From Leptolyngbyaceae cyanobacterium (lineage in GTDB: Bacteria; Cyanobacteriota; Cyanobacteriia; Phormidesmidales; Phormidesmidaceae), in contig CBDHHL010000032.1 in the NCBI GenBank assembly GCA_965263355.1, forward strand, positions 3,168,001 through 3,232,000: 64,000 nt of DNA. The letters run 5' to 3'. A model generated the notes under the pieces. It saw only the letters and a program-made list of their open reading frames with translations, was not told the DNA's origin and made no database searches. This document shows, one piece after another, positions 1 through 10,336 of the stretch (positions are counted from its first letter, which is position 1; the number at the start of each line of letters is the position of its first letter). Both the position numbers and the translations under genes were made by a program.

Positions 1-563
1 GATCCTCAGCCACTAAAATCTTGAGCCCATGATGACTACCATTGAGCTGGGCACCCCCTGAGGATGAGAAATCTTGAGAGATAGAACTCCTAATCTTATG
101 CAATTCTGGGACCTGAGAAATCGATTAACCCAATTGGGCTACAACCGACCCCGTTGCATTTCCGTGCCAAGGAAACTGTTCAAGATATTCTTTCCAGAAT
201 TTAGCAAGCTTGGCGATTAGTTGTTCTGTGTAATGATATTCTTTGCGAAAAAAGAGACTAATACTAAACGTGGTGAGGCATGTAATTGCTAAAATAGGCC
301 AACCTATGTTGAGTGGTAAAGCTTCATTCATAATTGAATAATTGTTCAGACTCACTTCCTACAGGACAATCTTTCAGTTAAAGGTTCTTCAATTAAGGTA
401 ATAGGCTACCAGATTCAAGATATTACCTGCTACCCTCGGCTCAGAATCGTACAAAGAGCTTTCAATGTATACAACTCAAGCAATATCTTGAAAATCAGTA
501 TTTTCGGTTTTTAATATTTTTTTCAGATTGACCTGACATTTACATTTACGAATCGAAGTCTAC

Positions 564-656
564 GCCTAACGGCCCCTGTCAGCGGTGCGACTAAGTCTTA
601 AAAAAGTGCCCGAGCATTTTGTGATTCGTAGAATCCTCTGCACGCGCTAGTTAGAG
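564..656 (-). other. attC-like (integron cassette) recombination site, isolated
   Basis: Minus strand reads CTCTAAC-tagcg-cgTGCAGagga...caccgCTGAcag-gggcc-GTTAGGC: a TAAC...GTTA core, a GTTRRRY R' box and an inner TGCAG/CTGA pair with one extra base; 93 bp. Confidence 0.5.
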
Positions 657-715
657 TGGATAGATGGAAAGCGTCAAGATAGTCACCTTCACTCTGCTGA
701 CAAAACAACTAACTC

Positions 716-1291
716 CTACAAGGATCCTGAATTATCCGGTTTGACGATTAACATGCCCATAACTTCAGCTTTTTGACTGGGATCAGTTGTTGTCACAACA
801 ATATTCAATTCCCCATCACTCAGATCAACCGGATAAGGCCCAAACCGCGACCAGCCCCTATAAGGCAAATTCCCCATCTCGGTCTCAACCACCTCACCTT
901 CAATATCTACACTCATAATGCGTTGAGCCCCCCGCTGGTTTTCCATAAACCAGAAATAAATCTCATACTCAGCACCATAGATGATTTGATCAATATTCAA
1001 ACGACCCGTTTTGGCAATGCTGCTGTTAAGTAGTAGCTGAGTAGTCTCATCTGTCGCTGGCTGTGGCTGCAGGTCGGTGGTCAGTTCTTCCACATCCCGC
1101 AGCATCATGCCATTGGCCTTGGAGTCCGCCTGAGATGTCCAACGATAGCCGCCGGTTTCAAAACCACCTTTGCCATTAAAGTTGACCCCGCGAACTAAGG
1201 CCCCCTCAATGGGTGGCAGGTCCACGGGGGCGGTTGCACCGCTGCAAGCCGATAGCAGGGCTGTGGCAATTACGATCAGAGAGAGTCGCAT
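716..1291 (-). CDS. Lipoprotein with a putative malectin-like carbohydrate-binding beta-sandwich domain
   Basis: Lipobox LLSAC at the N-terminus; VNFNG...YEIYFWFMEN...V.IEG...GPY.V...DGELNI pattern. Confidence 0.55.
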   Translation of the reverse strand: MRLSLIVIATALLSACSGATAPVDLPPIEGALVRGVNFNGKGGFETGGYRWTSQADSKANGMMLRDVEELTTDLQPQPATDETTQLLLNSSIAKTGRLNIDQIIYGAEYEIYFWFMENQRGAQRIMSVDIEGEVVETEMGNLPYRGWSRFGPYPVDLSDGELNIVVTTTDPSQKAEVMGMLIVKPDNSGSL

Positions 1292-1369
1292 GGTTGCACC
1301 TTATCAGAGAGAATCTGGCCCAAGTTTATCGAGGTTAACCCCAATCGTCAGAAAAGCAGCTGCAAAAAT

Positions 1370-2710
1370 TTAAGACTGTGTCCGCTCTAACCAGCCACGC
1401 ATTTTGCCAGGATTCAATAACCCGTAGGGATCAACCTTAGCCTTAAACGCCACCTGGGTTTGATTAATTTCCTTGCGTCCTCCATCTTCCAGGATGTACG
1501 TATGGGGATTGGCAATAAAGGCTCCCTGAGTCTCGTGATAGCGAATAATCTCATTGAGTCGGTCTTCAGTGGTGTAACGCACCAGCTGCAGAGCGGCTGG
1601 ACATACCTGTCCGTGAACCCGAAAGAACTCCAGGTGCATCATTACCTCATCTCCAAAGTGGTCGTACATTTGCTCTAACAGCTGCATCTTTGGGTCGTAG
1701 GGAAATAGCGTTTGCAAATATGTCAGACTGGTATCCACATTGCGGGCATGTAAGGTCGTGTGATTCCAGGTAAATTCTGCCAGGGCCGCCCCTTTTTTAG
1801 CTTCCTGGGCACTTTTTTCATAGGTGATGGTGCCCCCCAAGGCATTGACCAATTCCCTAAACGGTTCTAACGATGATTCTGCAATCATCACCAGGGCTGC
1901 TGTTTTGCCCGTTGGCAAAGCCTCTTGCAACGCTGCGAAATAACTGGGAATGGGCCAGGCATGGATGCTAATCAGCTTTTTGATAATGCCGTCTGCCTCG
2001 CCCAGGATATAGCCAAACCGAGCCGCAGTCATAAAGTCATCAAAGGTGACAATTACCTCTGCCCAGGGATAAGCAGGCCCTAACGGGATCTCTAGCTCAG
2101 TAATAATGCCATTGGTGCCGTAGGCATGGTTTACTTTTTGCACCTCGTCACCCCGCAGTTCTAAAATGCGTGGCTCATCTTCCATGGTGACCACACGTAC
2201 GGCTTGCAGATTGCCGCGATCGGCCAGCTGACCATAGGTAATGGAGCCAATGCCACCGCTCCCACCACCAATAAATCCCCCAATCGTAGCAGTTCGATAG
2301 GTGGAGGGAGCCATGCGAATTTCCCAGCCCTGTTCGCGGGTGATTTTATCAATAGCTGCGAGTTTAGCGCCTGCTTCGACACAGGCTAGACCAGGCTTGA
2401 CCCATTTCACGCGGTTTAGCAAACTCAGGTCCAAAATTATCCCACCTTCAAGGGGAATACACTGACCATAGTTACCGGTACCTGCTCCTCGTACTGTCAG
2501 CGGTGTCTTGGTCTGAACACATGCTTTGGCGACTTGGAGAATCTCAGTTTCGTTGGTCGGTCGGACCACAAGATCGGCTACTTTATCCTCTAGCTGGGCG
2601 GCCAAAACTGGGCTGAAGTGATAGTAGTCCTTAGAGAGCTTAGCGACCTGGCTGGGATCTTGGATCAGGGTGAGATCGTTCAGTAGAGGAAGTAGGGCGG
2701 GGTTGGGCAT
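1370..2710 (-). CDS. FAD-binding oxidoreductase (FAD_binding_4/GlcD-like)
   Basis: VRGAGTGNYG, TIGGFIGGGSGG, C-terminal DPYGLLNPGK. Start moved to ATG 2710 because the upstream extension is a purine-rich repeat. Confidence 0.85.
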   Translation of the reverse strand: MPNPALLPLLNDLTLIQDPSQVAKLSKDYYHFSPVLAAQLEDKVADLVVRPTNETEILQVAKACVQTKTPLTVRGAGTGNYGQCIPLEGGIILDLSLLNRVKWVKPGLACVEAGAKLAAIDKITREQGWEIRMAPSTYRTATIGGFIGGGSGGIGSITYGQLADRGNLQAVRVVTMEDEPRILELRGDEVQKVNHAYGTNGIITELEIPLGPAYPWAEVIVTFDDFMTAARFGYILGEADGIIKKLISIHAWPIPSYFAALQEALPTGKTAALVMIAESSLEPFRELVNALGGTITYEKSAQEAKKGAALAEFTWNHTTLHARNVDTSLTYLQTLFPYDPKMQLLEQMYDHFGDEVMMHLEFFRVHGQVCPAALQLVRYTTEDRLNEIIRYHETQGAFIANPHTYILEDGGRKEINQTQVAFKAKVDPYGLLNPGKMRGWLERTQS

Positions 2711-3000
2711 AGGGAGAGGGGGAGCAAGGGGAGCAGAGGAGAGGGGGAGACGTTGCAAGACGCACAGATCCCACCGTAAGGGTCAGGGAAAATGCCTTAC
2801 CTACCTCTACAGTAGGAGTAGTGTGACAAGAATTTCCAACCGAATCAAGATAAATTCTGTTGGCATCCGCTTGCCATAATGCATAAACAGCAAAACAGCG
2901 ACCCTAAGGCCGCTGCTTAAAACGCTGTATGAACTTTTTTAATCCTAAAGTAAAACTATTTGAGTACTTTAGTTAGATAGTCCGGCTATTGGGCCATTAT

Positions 3001-4098
3001 CTAGTTCAACGTTGTTAACGCAACACAAGACAAAAGACCTGCCAGCAGGTAGAAAACACTCACCACTTGAATTTCAGACCAGCCGGATAGCTCAAAATGA
3101 TGGTGCAAAGGAGCCATTTTGAACAGTCGCTTACCTTTTCCATCGGGACCCTTGGTGGCCTTGTAGTAACTGACCTGCATGATCACTGATACAGTCTCAG
3201 CTACAAATAGCAAGGTGATGATCAATAGCGCAAACAGGTGGCCACTCAAAATGCCAACAGCGGCTAAGGCACCACCCAGTGCTAAAGAACCAGTATCGCC
3301 CATAAAGACCTTGGCAGGGTTACGATTGTGGGTCAGAAAACCAACGCAGGCACCCGCCATTGCAGCGCAGAAAACCATCAGCTCTGGATAGTCTGGGGCA
3401 ATCAAAGCGCCTAGACCTAGCAGTGCGATCGCACCCGTACCCCCCATCAGACCATCCACACCATCGGTCAGATTAGTCGCATTGCTCTCGGCCACCATGG
3501 TAAATCCAGCCAGGGGCCAAAACAGAAATCCTAGGGGCAACAGGATGCCGAAGGGCAACGCAATTGTCGTAATTTCAGCTGTTTGAGTCGCCATGGCCCA
3601 AGCACAAAACACAATGGCAAACCCAATTTGTAGCGCCAGCTTCATTTTGGGAGAAATACCTTTGTTGGAGCGACGCTTTAGTACTTGCCAGTCGTCAATC
3701 CAACCGATAAAACCGTAGGCTAAGGTTAAGACACAAACTGCCACCGTATTGATGGCACCCCCCGAGGCTAGAATGGCCACTAGCAACGCCACGGGCACGA
3801 AAAATATGCCGCCCATGGTAGGAGTCCCAGCCTTTTTTAAATGTGCTTTTGGCCCCTCTTCTCGAATAAATTGACCTGCTTTGAGCTGCTTGAGAATTGG
3901 TACCACACCATACCCTAGTAAAGCAGCCCCAACAGCTGATATCAGAAATGGCATTAGCAGGCTTGACTGAGTTAACCAGTCACGACCTGCCCAAATATCT
4001 AAACCAGCTGCTAAACATGACAGCGTGCCCATTAAAAGCACCGAAAGGCCAGTACCTGTTAGGGCCGTTGCCCTAGAGGTAAAGAATTTAGCATCCAC
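3001..4098 (-). CDS. mraY: Phospho-N-acetylmuramoyl-pentapeptide transferase
   Basis: KKAGTPTMGG, NATNLTDGVDGL, VFMGDTGSLALG and MAPLHHHFE motifs. Confidence 0.97.
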   Translation of the reverse strand: MDAKFFTSRATALTGTGLSVLLMGTLSCLAAGLDIWAGRDWLTQSSLLMPFLISAVGAALLGYGVVPILKQLKAGQFIREEGPKAHLKKAGTPTMGGIFFVPVALLVAILASGGAINTVAVCVLTLAYGFIGWIDDWQVLKRRSNKGISPKMKLALQIGFAIVFCAWAMATQTAEITTIALPFGILLPLGFLFWPLAGFTMVAESNATNLTDGVDGLMGGTGAIALLGLGALIAPDYPELMVFCAAMAGACVGFLTHNRNPAKVFMGDTGSLALGGALAAVGILSGHLFALLIITLLFVAETVSVIMQVSYYKATKGPDGKGKRLFKMAPLHHHFELSGWSEIQVVSVFYLLAGLLSCVALTTLN

Positions 4099-4368
4099 AA
4101 CTCACGTCCTTCACACACCACACACTTCAAGCGTTTAGCCCCTCTTTCCGTACAGAATATACTGCAGATAGGAGTGCTAAATGAACAAATCGGCCTCACT
4201 TTATCGATTCTCTAGTGAATATTGCTAAAAGTCTAGGAATCTAGGCTACAAAATTGCTAAGTATAAAGGCTTATTGATTACGTAACCTTATGTATTAATT
4301 GTCTTAGTCCAAGTTGAAATCTGTAGATTCTTTACTGGAATAACGACCGATCTGGACATGGGCAAGGT

Positions 4369-4614
4369 TTATTCATCAGGTTCATCATCATCTGAGCTAT
4401 CGTCCGAATCGTCAAAGCTGGCATCATCGCTACCCATCAGATCGGAAATTTCTTCGCTATCGGCTTCGTCAGGAATGTTTTCTACAGATTCGCGAGGAAT
4501 CAAGCGACCTGTACTTTCCAGCCAGCGCAAAATTGAAGAGTCACCCCGTTCTGGAATGACTGCTGCATGCTGTTGCCGAGGGATTTGTTGTACGGAGGGA
4601 TTGTATTTAGTCAT
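4369..4614 (-). CDS. Small acidic cyanobacterial protein (DUF3134-like)
   Basis: YNPS...P..Q.A.VIP...SSIL.WLESTGRLIPRE plus an acidic tail; upstream of mraY. Confidence 0.7.
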   Translation of the reverse strand: MTKYNPSVQQIPRQQHAAVIPERGDSSILRWLESTGRLIPRESVENIPDEADSEEISDLMGSDDASFDDSDDSSDDDEPDE

Positions 4615-4951
4615 ACGCGTTTAGGGTTGAAATTAGCCTTGGGTAAATAACTATACCTAACTCTTATGGCAAAAAATAGAGTTCAATCTACGAGATGTAT
4701 CGTGCAAACTACGCATCTTGAAAACTACCGTTTCCTACATACGGATTATGTGAATCCCTGCATCAAAATATACAGTACCTAAGAAGGCACCACGAATGTG
4801 GCTCAATCTGGGGGCGAATGTTCAGCATTTCTTACCATGCCATGTCAATAAAGTATGAAAATATGTTTGTGTCAAGTCCCTAGAAATAATTATTTTCTAG
4901 TCCTTGAAATATGCAGCGATATGGTTAGGCTTTTGTTTGCTGCGCTGATGT

Positions 4952-5560
4952 TTGCTACTACAAATGCCAATGCTTGAAAAAACTGACCTATTAGATGCGA
5001 TCGCACCCACCAATCGTGGTTTATTGGCAGCTCCTGAGCAAAAACAAGACATCCTAGACAAGATTGCCCGATTGGAGACCTGCAATCCCACGCCCATGCC
5101 CTTGCAGGCAGGAGAGCTTTTGAATGGCAACTGGCAGTTGCTGTACACCACCAGTGCCGAGCTTTTAGGAATTGACCGATTTCCCTTACTGGCCTTGGGC
5201 AATATCTACCAGTGTGTACGGATGGAACAACAACGGATCTACAATCTGGCGGAAATCAGGTCGGTTATAGGGGGTTTGGTCTCTGTAACCGCTACGTTTA
5301 AGGCTGTGTCCGACCAGCGAGTAAATGTTAGTTTTGATCGCGCTATTTTTGGGTTGCAATCTACCCTGGGTTATCAGAATCCGGATCAGTTTATTCAGGC
5401 GATGCAGCAAACGGAAAAATTCAATTTGCTCAAGGGCATTGATTTTGGTGTGAGTTCGAACCGGGAACCTGGCTGGTTGGACGTAACGTATCTAGATCAA
5501 ACCATGCGCATTGGTCGGGGTAACCAGGGTAGCGTATTTGTCCTGAGGAAGGTGGTGTAG
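4952..5560 (+). CDS. PAP/fibrillin family protein (start may be ATG 4964 or 4970)
   Basis: LE..NPTP.P...LL.GNW.LLYTTS and GWLDVTYLD..MRIGRGN.GSVFVL. Confidence 0.9.
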   Translation: MLLQMPMLEKTDLLDAIAPTNRGLLAAPEQKQDILDKIARLETCNPTPMPLQAGELLNGNWQLLYTTSAELLGIDRFPLLALGNIYQCVRMEQQRIYNLAEIRSVIGGLVSVTATFKAVSDQRVNVSFDRAIFGLQSTLGYQNPDQFIQAMQQTEKFNLLKGIDFGVSSNREPGWLDVTYLDQTMRIGRGNQGSVFVLRKVV

Positions 5561-6337
5561 GTGCTACCGGTTCTTGCGCTTTCACAGTCGCATCTGACAT
5601 TGTTGGAAACCTGTCCGCGACGGTTTCAGTACATTTTTGATCAGGCGTTAGCTGTCCCCCCATCGCCTGAGGGGAAAGAGGCCGCCTTGTGGGGCAGTCA
5701 ATTTCATCTCTTAATGCAGCAACAGGCGTTGGGCATTCCCATTGATGCCATGGTTATGGCTAACAAGGATATGGCGGCTAAGGTTGAGGCGCTCAGGCAA
5801 AAGGCTCCCCACTTGTTTCAGCCAACGCCTGATGAACAATTACGGCAAAGTGAGCATCAGCGGACGCTGGCGTTTAATGGATATGTGTTTACTGTCATCT
5901 ATGATTTGGTGGTACTCACGGCTAACTCGGGGCTCATCGTTGATTGGAAGACTTATCTAAAACCGCCATCGCAGGCTCGTCTTGCCCGTGATTGGCAAAC
6001 CCGTCTCTATTTATACGTATTAGCTGAAACCAGTGAGCTGGCACCTGAGCAGGTAACCATGGCTTACTGGTTTGTCCGTCACCGAGATCGACAGCAGCAA
6101 GATTTACCCCCTAGCGCCTATCGATATGTGTATAGCTTGCAGCAGCATGATCAAACCAGAGCCGACCTATTGAGACTGACTGATCGTCTATCTAACTTGC
6201 GTCAGCGAGTGGAGTTTCCTCAAACTGATAACCTCGACTGCTGTACCCACTGCCCCTTTCAGATTCGGTGTCAGCGCCGGGACGAACCAGACTTACTGGT
6301 TAATTTGGATGCGATTGACGAAATTTCGCTGAATTGA
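5561..6337 (+). CDS. PD-(D/E)XK nuclease, AddB/Cas4-like with Fe-S staple cysteines
   Basis: LSQS.L..LETCPRRF, G..FH, YDL...IVDWKT, Q..LY, C-terminal CxxCPF..RC. Confidence 0.8.
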   Translation: MLPVLALSQSHLTLLETCPRRFQYIFDQALAVPPSPEGKEAALWGSQFHLLMQQQALGIPIDAMVMANKDMAAKVEALRQKAPHLFQPTPDEQLRQSEHQRTLAFNGYVFTVIYDLVVLTANSGLIVDWKTYLKPPSQARLARDWQTRLYLYVLAETSELAPEQVTMAYWFVRHRDRQQQDLPPSAYRYVYSLQQHDQTRADLLRLTDRLSNLRQRVEFPQTDNLDCCTHCPFQIRCQRRDEPDLLVNLDAIDEISLN

Positions 6338-6530
6338 GCTAGATAAATCTAATTAAACAATGGAATTAGAAATACCCTATTGAAGGGTCTGGCTTTTTTG
6401 CAGGTGGTTAACTAAACTTAAAATATAGATATAAGTAAATCATTTCTGGTTTCGAATAGATTTCAGTAAATGATATTTGAAGTTATCGGCTAGTGCAGCG
6501 TTAAAGCTAAACGTTTGGGTTGGTTACTGA

Positions 6531-6597
6531 TAAAGAGTGAAGGGTAAAGAGTGACTCTTCATCCCTTTAAACTCTTTACTCTTTACCCGTCTTACCC
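6531..6597. repeat. Short tandem/inverted heptamer-like repeat (TAAAGAG / CTCTTTA) able to form a hairpin
   Basis: gggtaaagagt (6542-6552) pairs with actctttaccc (6578-6588). Confidence 0.6.
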
Positions 6598-6735
6598 GAA
6601 ATATTAGGCTTGACAGACCGCTAGGTGAAAGATTGCTCTGATTGGAGCTGGGGATTACTCCGATCACAGTTTTTGGTATCTGTTTGATTGGCGGATGCAA
6701 TGTTATGTCCCTGATGTTGCTCTCTAAGTTTCTTC

Positions 6736-8598
6736 ATGGCTGAGATTTATTTGCAGACCGGATGGCTGATTCCGCTTTATCCACTAATCGGCACGCTGTT
6801 GACAATTCCTTGGATGTCTCTCCGGCGTACTGGGCCTCGTCCGGCCGGATATATTAATCTTTTGACAACAGTGATTGCTCTGATTCATACCTTGTTATGT
6901 TTGCAGGCTGTCTGGGGTCAGGAGGCAATGCGCTGGTCGTTTACCTGGTTGCAGGTAGCTGATCTTTCAGTTTCATTGCCATTTGTGTTGTCTTCCCTGA
7001 ATCTGGCAGCGGTCATGATGGTGACCGGTTTGAATCTGCTGGCCCAGGTCTACGCCATTGGCTATTTGGAAATGGATTGGAGTTGGGCTCGCTTATATGC
7101 CTTACTCGCCATATTTGAGGCCGGGATGTCAGCGCTGTTGCTGTGCGACTCGTTGTTCTTTAGCTATATGATGCTGGAGATTTTGACTCTGGGAACCTAC
7201 TTGATTGTTGGTTTTTGGTTCAATCAGCCTCGAGTGGTGACAGGGGCACGGGATGCGTTTTTGACAAAACGGGTGGGCGATTTAATTCTGTTAATGGGGG
7301 TTATTGCGCTGTATCCTTTGGCGGGTACCTGGAACTATAGTGAGCTAGCCGAGTGGGCCAGTACTCAGCCGATTAGTGGTTCTACAGCAACACTGCTGGG
7401 TTTGGCGCTGCTGGCGGGACCCGTTAGTAAATGTGCGCAGTTTCCTTTGCACTTATGGTTAGACTCCGCCATGGAGGGACCGCTGCCGACAACTATTTTG
7501 CGGAACTCTGTGGTGATTCCGGTGGGTGCCTGGGTATTGATTAAACTTACGCCAGTCTTTGCGTTGTCCTCAGTTGTAGACAATGTGGCAGTGGCCATTG
7601 GTACGGTGTCGGCCATTGGAGGGGCATTGATTTCCATCGCTCAGGTGGATATGAAGCGGGTCTTGTCCTATCTGACGAGTGCGTTTATGGGGCTGGTTTT
7701 TATTGCGGTGGGGACTTCCCAGGTTGGTATTGCGTTCTTCCTGTTGATGAGCTTTGCGGTTGCGATCGCAGCCCTGATTGCCAGTACCGGGTCTGTCATT
7801 CTCAACTGTGTGACCCAGGACTTGACCCAGGTGGGTGGTCTTTGGTCCCGTCGTCCGATTACGGGGCTATCTTTTATCTTCGGAGCCTTAGGGCTATTGG
7901 GCTTACCTCCCTTTGGTGGGTTTTGGTCAATGCGATTTTTAGAAACCAGTCTCTGGTACGAGGGGCAGATTGTCCCATTTGTCATTGTTTTGGTGATTAA
8001 TGGCCTTTGCGCCTTAAGTTTAGTGCGCATGTTCTGCCTAATCTTTTGTGGTAAGCCTACACCAATGAGCAGTCGGGCGCCAGAACCCATTTGGTCTGTG
8101 GTGATTCCCATGGTAGCAATGGCCGCGTTGACTTTGCATGTACCCATCGTCTTGGAAACCCTGAAACTCTTACCTCTGACTCAAACAGCGATTGGTAATG
8201 TGGGCTTGCTCATAATTGGGTCTAGTGTTGTTGGTCTAGGATTGGGTATGGTCCTGTACGGCACACCGCGAGAGAAACTGCCAACGGACTCTTTGCCTGG
8301 ATGGTTGGTTAATCTTGTTGCCGACGACTTCTATACCAGCGGTCTATATCAAAACCTCTTTATTTGGCCAGTAGCTACCACAGCCACAGTCTTTAACTGG
8401 CTAGAACGCTACGTGATTGACGGCGTTGTCAACCTGGTGGGGGTGGTGTCACTGCTCAGTGGTGAGACCCTCAAGTATAGCAATGTGGGACGTTCTCAGG
8501 TTTACGTTCTCACTATTGCAGTGTGTGTAGTGCTGCTGGGGCTATTCATGAGTTGGAGCTATTTTCCTAACCTTGGTCATGTTGCCTTTAGTTTTTAA
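6736..8598 (+). CDS. ndhF3: NDH-1 subunit F3 (high-affinity CO2 uptake)
   Basis: ND5-like membrane protein, RRTGPRPAGY, ARDAFLTKRVGD, KCAQFPLHLWLD; first gene of an ndhF-ndhD-cupA-cupS operon. Confidence 0.9.
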   Translation: MAEIYLQTGWLIPLYPLIGTLLTIPWMSLRRTGPRPAGYINLLTTVIALIHTLLCLQAVWGQEAMRWSFTWLQVADLSVSLPFVLSSLNLAAVMMVTGLNLLAQVYAIGYLEMDWSWARLYALLAIFEAGMSALLLCDSLFFSYMMLEILTLGTYLIVGFWFNQPRVVTGARDAFLTKRVGDLILLMGVIALYPLAGTWNYSELAEWASTQPISGSTATLLGLALLAGPVSKCAQFPLHLWLDSAMEGPLPTTILRNSVVIPVGAWVLIKLTPVFALSSVVDNVAVAIGTVSAIGGALISIAQVDMKRVLSYLTSAFMGLVFIAVGTSQVGIAFFLLMSFAVAIAALIASTGSVILNCVTQDLTQVGGLWSRRPITGLSFIFGALGLLGLPPFGGFWSMRFLETSLWYEGQIVPFVIVLVINGLCALSLVRMFCLIFCGKPTPMSSRAPEPIWSVVIPMVAMAALTLHVPIVLETLKLLPLTQTAIGNVGLLIIGSSVVGLGLGMVLYGTPREKLPTDSLPGWLVNLVADDFYTSGLYQNLFIWPVATTATVFNWLERYVIDGVVNLVGVVSLLSGETLKYSNVGRSQVYVLTIAVCVVLLGLFMSWSYFPNLGHVAFSF

Positions 8599-8650
8599 AT
8601 CGGCTAGTTGTTGTCAAAGTCTTTAATCTCCTTATAACTCATCAGAAGCT

Positions 8651-10225
8651 ATGACGTTAACTCTACTCATAGGGCTGCCCCTGATAGGAACCCTGGCCAT
8701 ACTTCTCTTTCCTGCCGCCAAGGCAAAGTTGGTGGCCCTGTGGGGAGCCGGTATTCCCCTGTTGTGGAACATTTGGGTGTTTAGTCAGTTTGATCTTAGC
8801 AATAGTCACTTTCAGTGGGGAGAGTCAGCGGCCTGGTTGCCGGTTCTCGGTCTCAACTATGAGTTGGGCATAGATGGTTTGGGTCTTCTGATGGTTGCGC
8901 TCAATACGTTTCTCACCTGGATTGCCATCTACAGTGCTAGACCCGATGTGGAACGCCCTCGTCTGTTCTTTAGCTTGATGCTGATGACCAGCAGCGTCAT
9001 TTCAGGGGCGTTTTTAGCGCAAAATTTTCTGCTGTTCTTTCTCTTCTATGAGGCTTGCCTGATTCCCCTGTATCTATTGATCAATATCTGGGGTGGTGAA
9101 AGGCGTGGTTATGCGGCCACTAAGTTTTTGATTTACACCGCTATTTCTGGGGCCTTGATTTTGGTTGGTGGATTTGGTTTGCTGTGGCTGGGTGGGGCTG
9201 AGGACTTTAGCTATGGTGCTCTGGCGGCAACTAGTTTGCCGTTACAGTGGCAAGTGCTATTGCTGGTCCCGCTCGCCATTGGCTTTGGCATCAAAGTTCC
9301 CATGGTCCCGCTGCACACCTGGCTGCCTGATACCTATGTGGCCGCCTCTACGCCCGTGGCAATTTTGCTGGGGGGGGTGTTGGCAAAGCTCGGTACCTAT
9401 GGCTTGCTGCGATTTGGCTTCAGTCTGCTCCCCGATGGATGGGCCGTAATTGCTCCATGGATTGCGATATGGGCTGCTATGACCATTATTTACTGCGCGT
9501 TTTTGGCGATTGTGCAGCGGGATATTAAACGTATGGTGGCCTATAGCTCTGTCAGTCACATGGGCTATGTACTGCTGGGTAGTGCGGCAGGCAACGATTT
9601 GAGTTTGTCAGGATGTATTGCTCAAATGGTGGCCCATGGGTTGGTATTGGCCATCTTGTTCCATCTGGTAGGTGTGATTGAAGCTAAGGTGGGTAGTCGC
9701 GAACTAGACCAGCTCAATGGGCTGATGAATCCAGTGCGTGGATTACCATTTGTCAGTGCAACGTTGTTGTTGGGGGCGATGTCCAGTGCGGGTATTCCTG
9801 GGTTGGTGAGTTTTGCCGCTGAGTTTGCTGTGTTTCAGGGCAGCTATCGTGTATTTCACTGGCAGGCACTGATGGGTGTAGTCGGTACGGGTTTGACAGC
9901 TGTATACTTTGTGATTTTGTTGAACCGCACCTGCTTTGGTCGCTTGGATAATCAGCGAGCCTATTTTCCTAAGGTCTCGTTTAATGAAAAGGCTCCAGCC
10001 TTGATTTTAGTTATTGTGATCATTGCCCTGGGAGTGCAGCCCAATTGGTTATTCCGCTGGAGTGAGCCAAGGGAGGTTAAGGCCATTGAGATTGTTCCTC
10101 GTACCCAGCAGACAGTGACCTTGGATGAAGTGGGTGGTTTGTTATTGGGTAGCGCAGACGCTTCGAGAATTTTGGATTCGGGTATGAGGGTGTCTTACGC
10201 AGACGCACCGAAAATTTTAGATTGA
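8651..10225 (+). CDS. ndhD3: NDH-1 subunit D3
   Basis: ND4-like, KVPMVPLHTWLPD, LNGLMNPVRGLP, LNRTCFGRL. Confidence 0.9.
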   Translation: MTLTLLIGLPLIGTLAILLFPAAKAKLVALWGAGIPLLWNIWVFSQFDLSNSHFQWGESAAWLPVLGLNYELGIDGLGLLMVALNTFLTWIAIYSARPDVERPRLFFSLMLMTSSVISGAFLAQNFLLFFLFYEACLIPLYLLINIWGGERRGYAATKFLIYTAISGALILVGGFGLLWLGGAEDFSYGALAATSLPLQWQVLLLVPLAIGFGIKVPMVPLHTWLPDTYVAASTPVAILLGGVLAKLGTYGLLRFGFSLLPDGWAVIAPWIAIWAAMTIIYCAFLAIVQRDIKRMVAYSSVSHMGYVLLGSAAGNDLSLSGCIAQMVAHGLVLAILFHLVGVIEAKVGSRELDQLNGLMNPVRGLPFVSATLLLGAMSSAGIPGLVSFAAEFAVFQGSYRVFHWQALMGVVGTGLTAVYFVILLNRTCFGRLDNQRAYFPKVSFNEKAPALILVIVIIALGVQPNWLFRWSEPREVKAIEIVPRTQQTVTLDEVGGLLLGSADASRILDSGMRVSYADAPKILD

Positions 10226-10336
10226 AGAATATGTTCGGTTTGGAATGTTAAGTTGCGTGCGTTTTTTCGGTTGATATTGGTGGGTTTGTGGTGGAGAACC
10301 CAACCTGCGTGATTGTCTTTCTTTTGGGTAAGGATT

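Noticed and set aside
2711..2879. Pro/Leu-rich extension of the FAD oxidoreductase and the opposite-strand Gly/Arg-rich ORF
   Set aside because: Translation of a low-complexity purine-rich intergenic repeat
5561..6337. cas4 of a CRISPR-Cas system
   Set aside because: No cas1/cas2 or array nearby; housekeeping context
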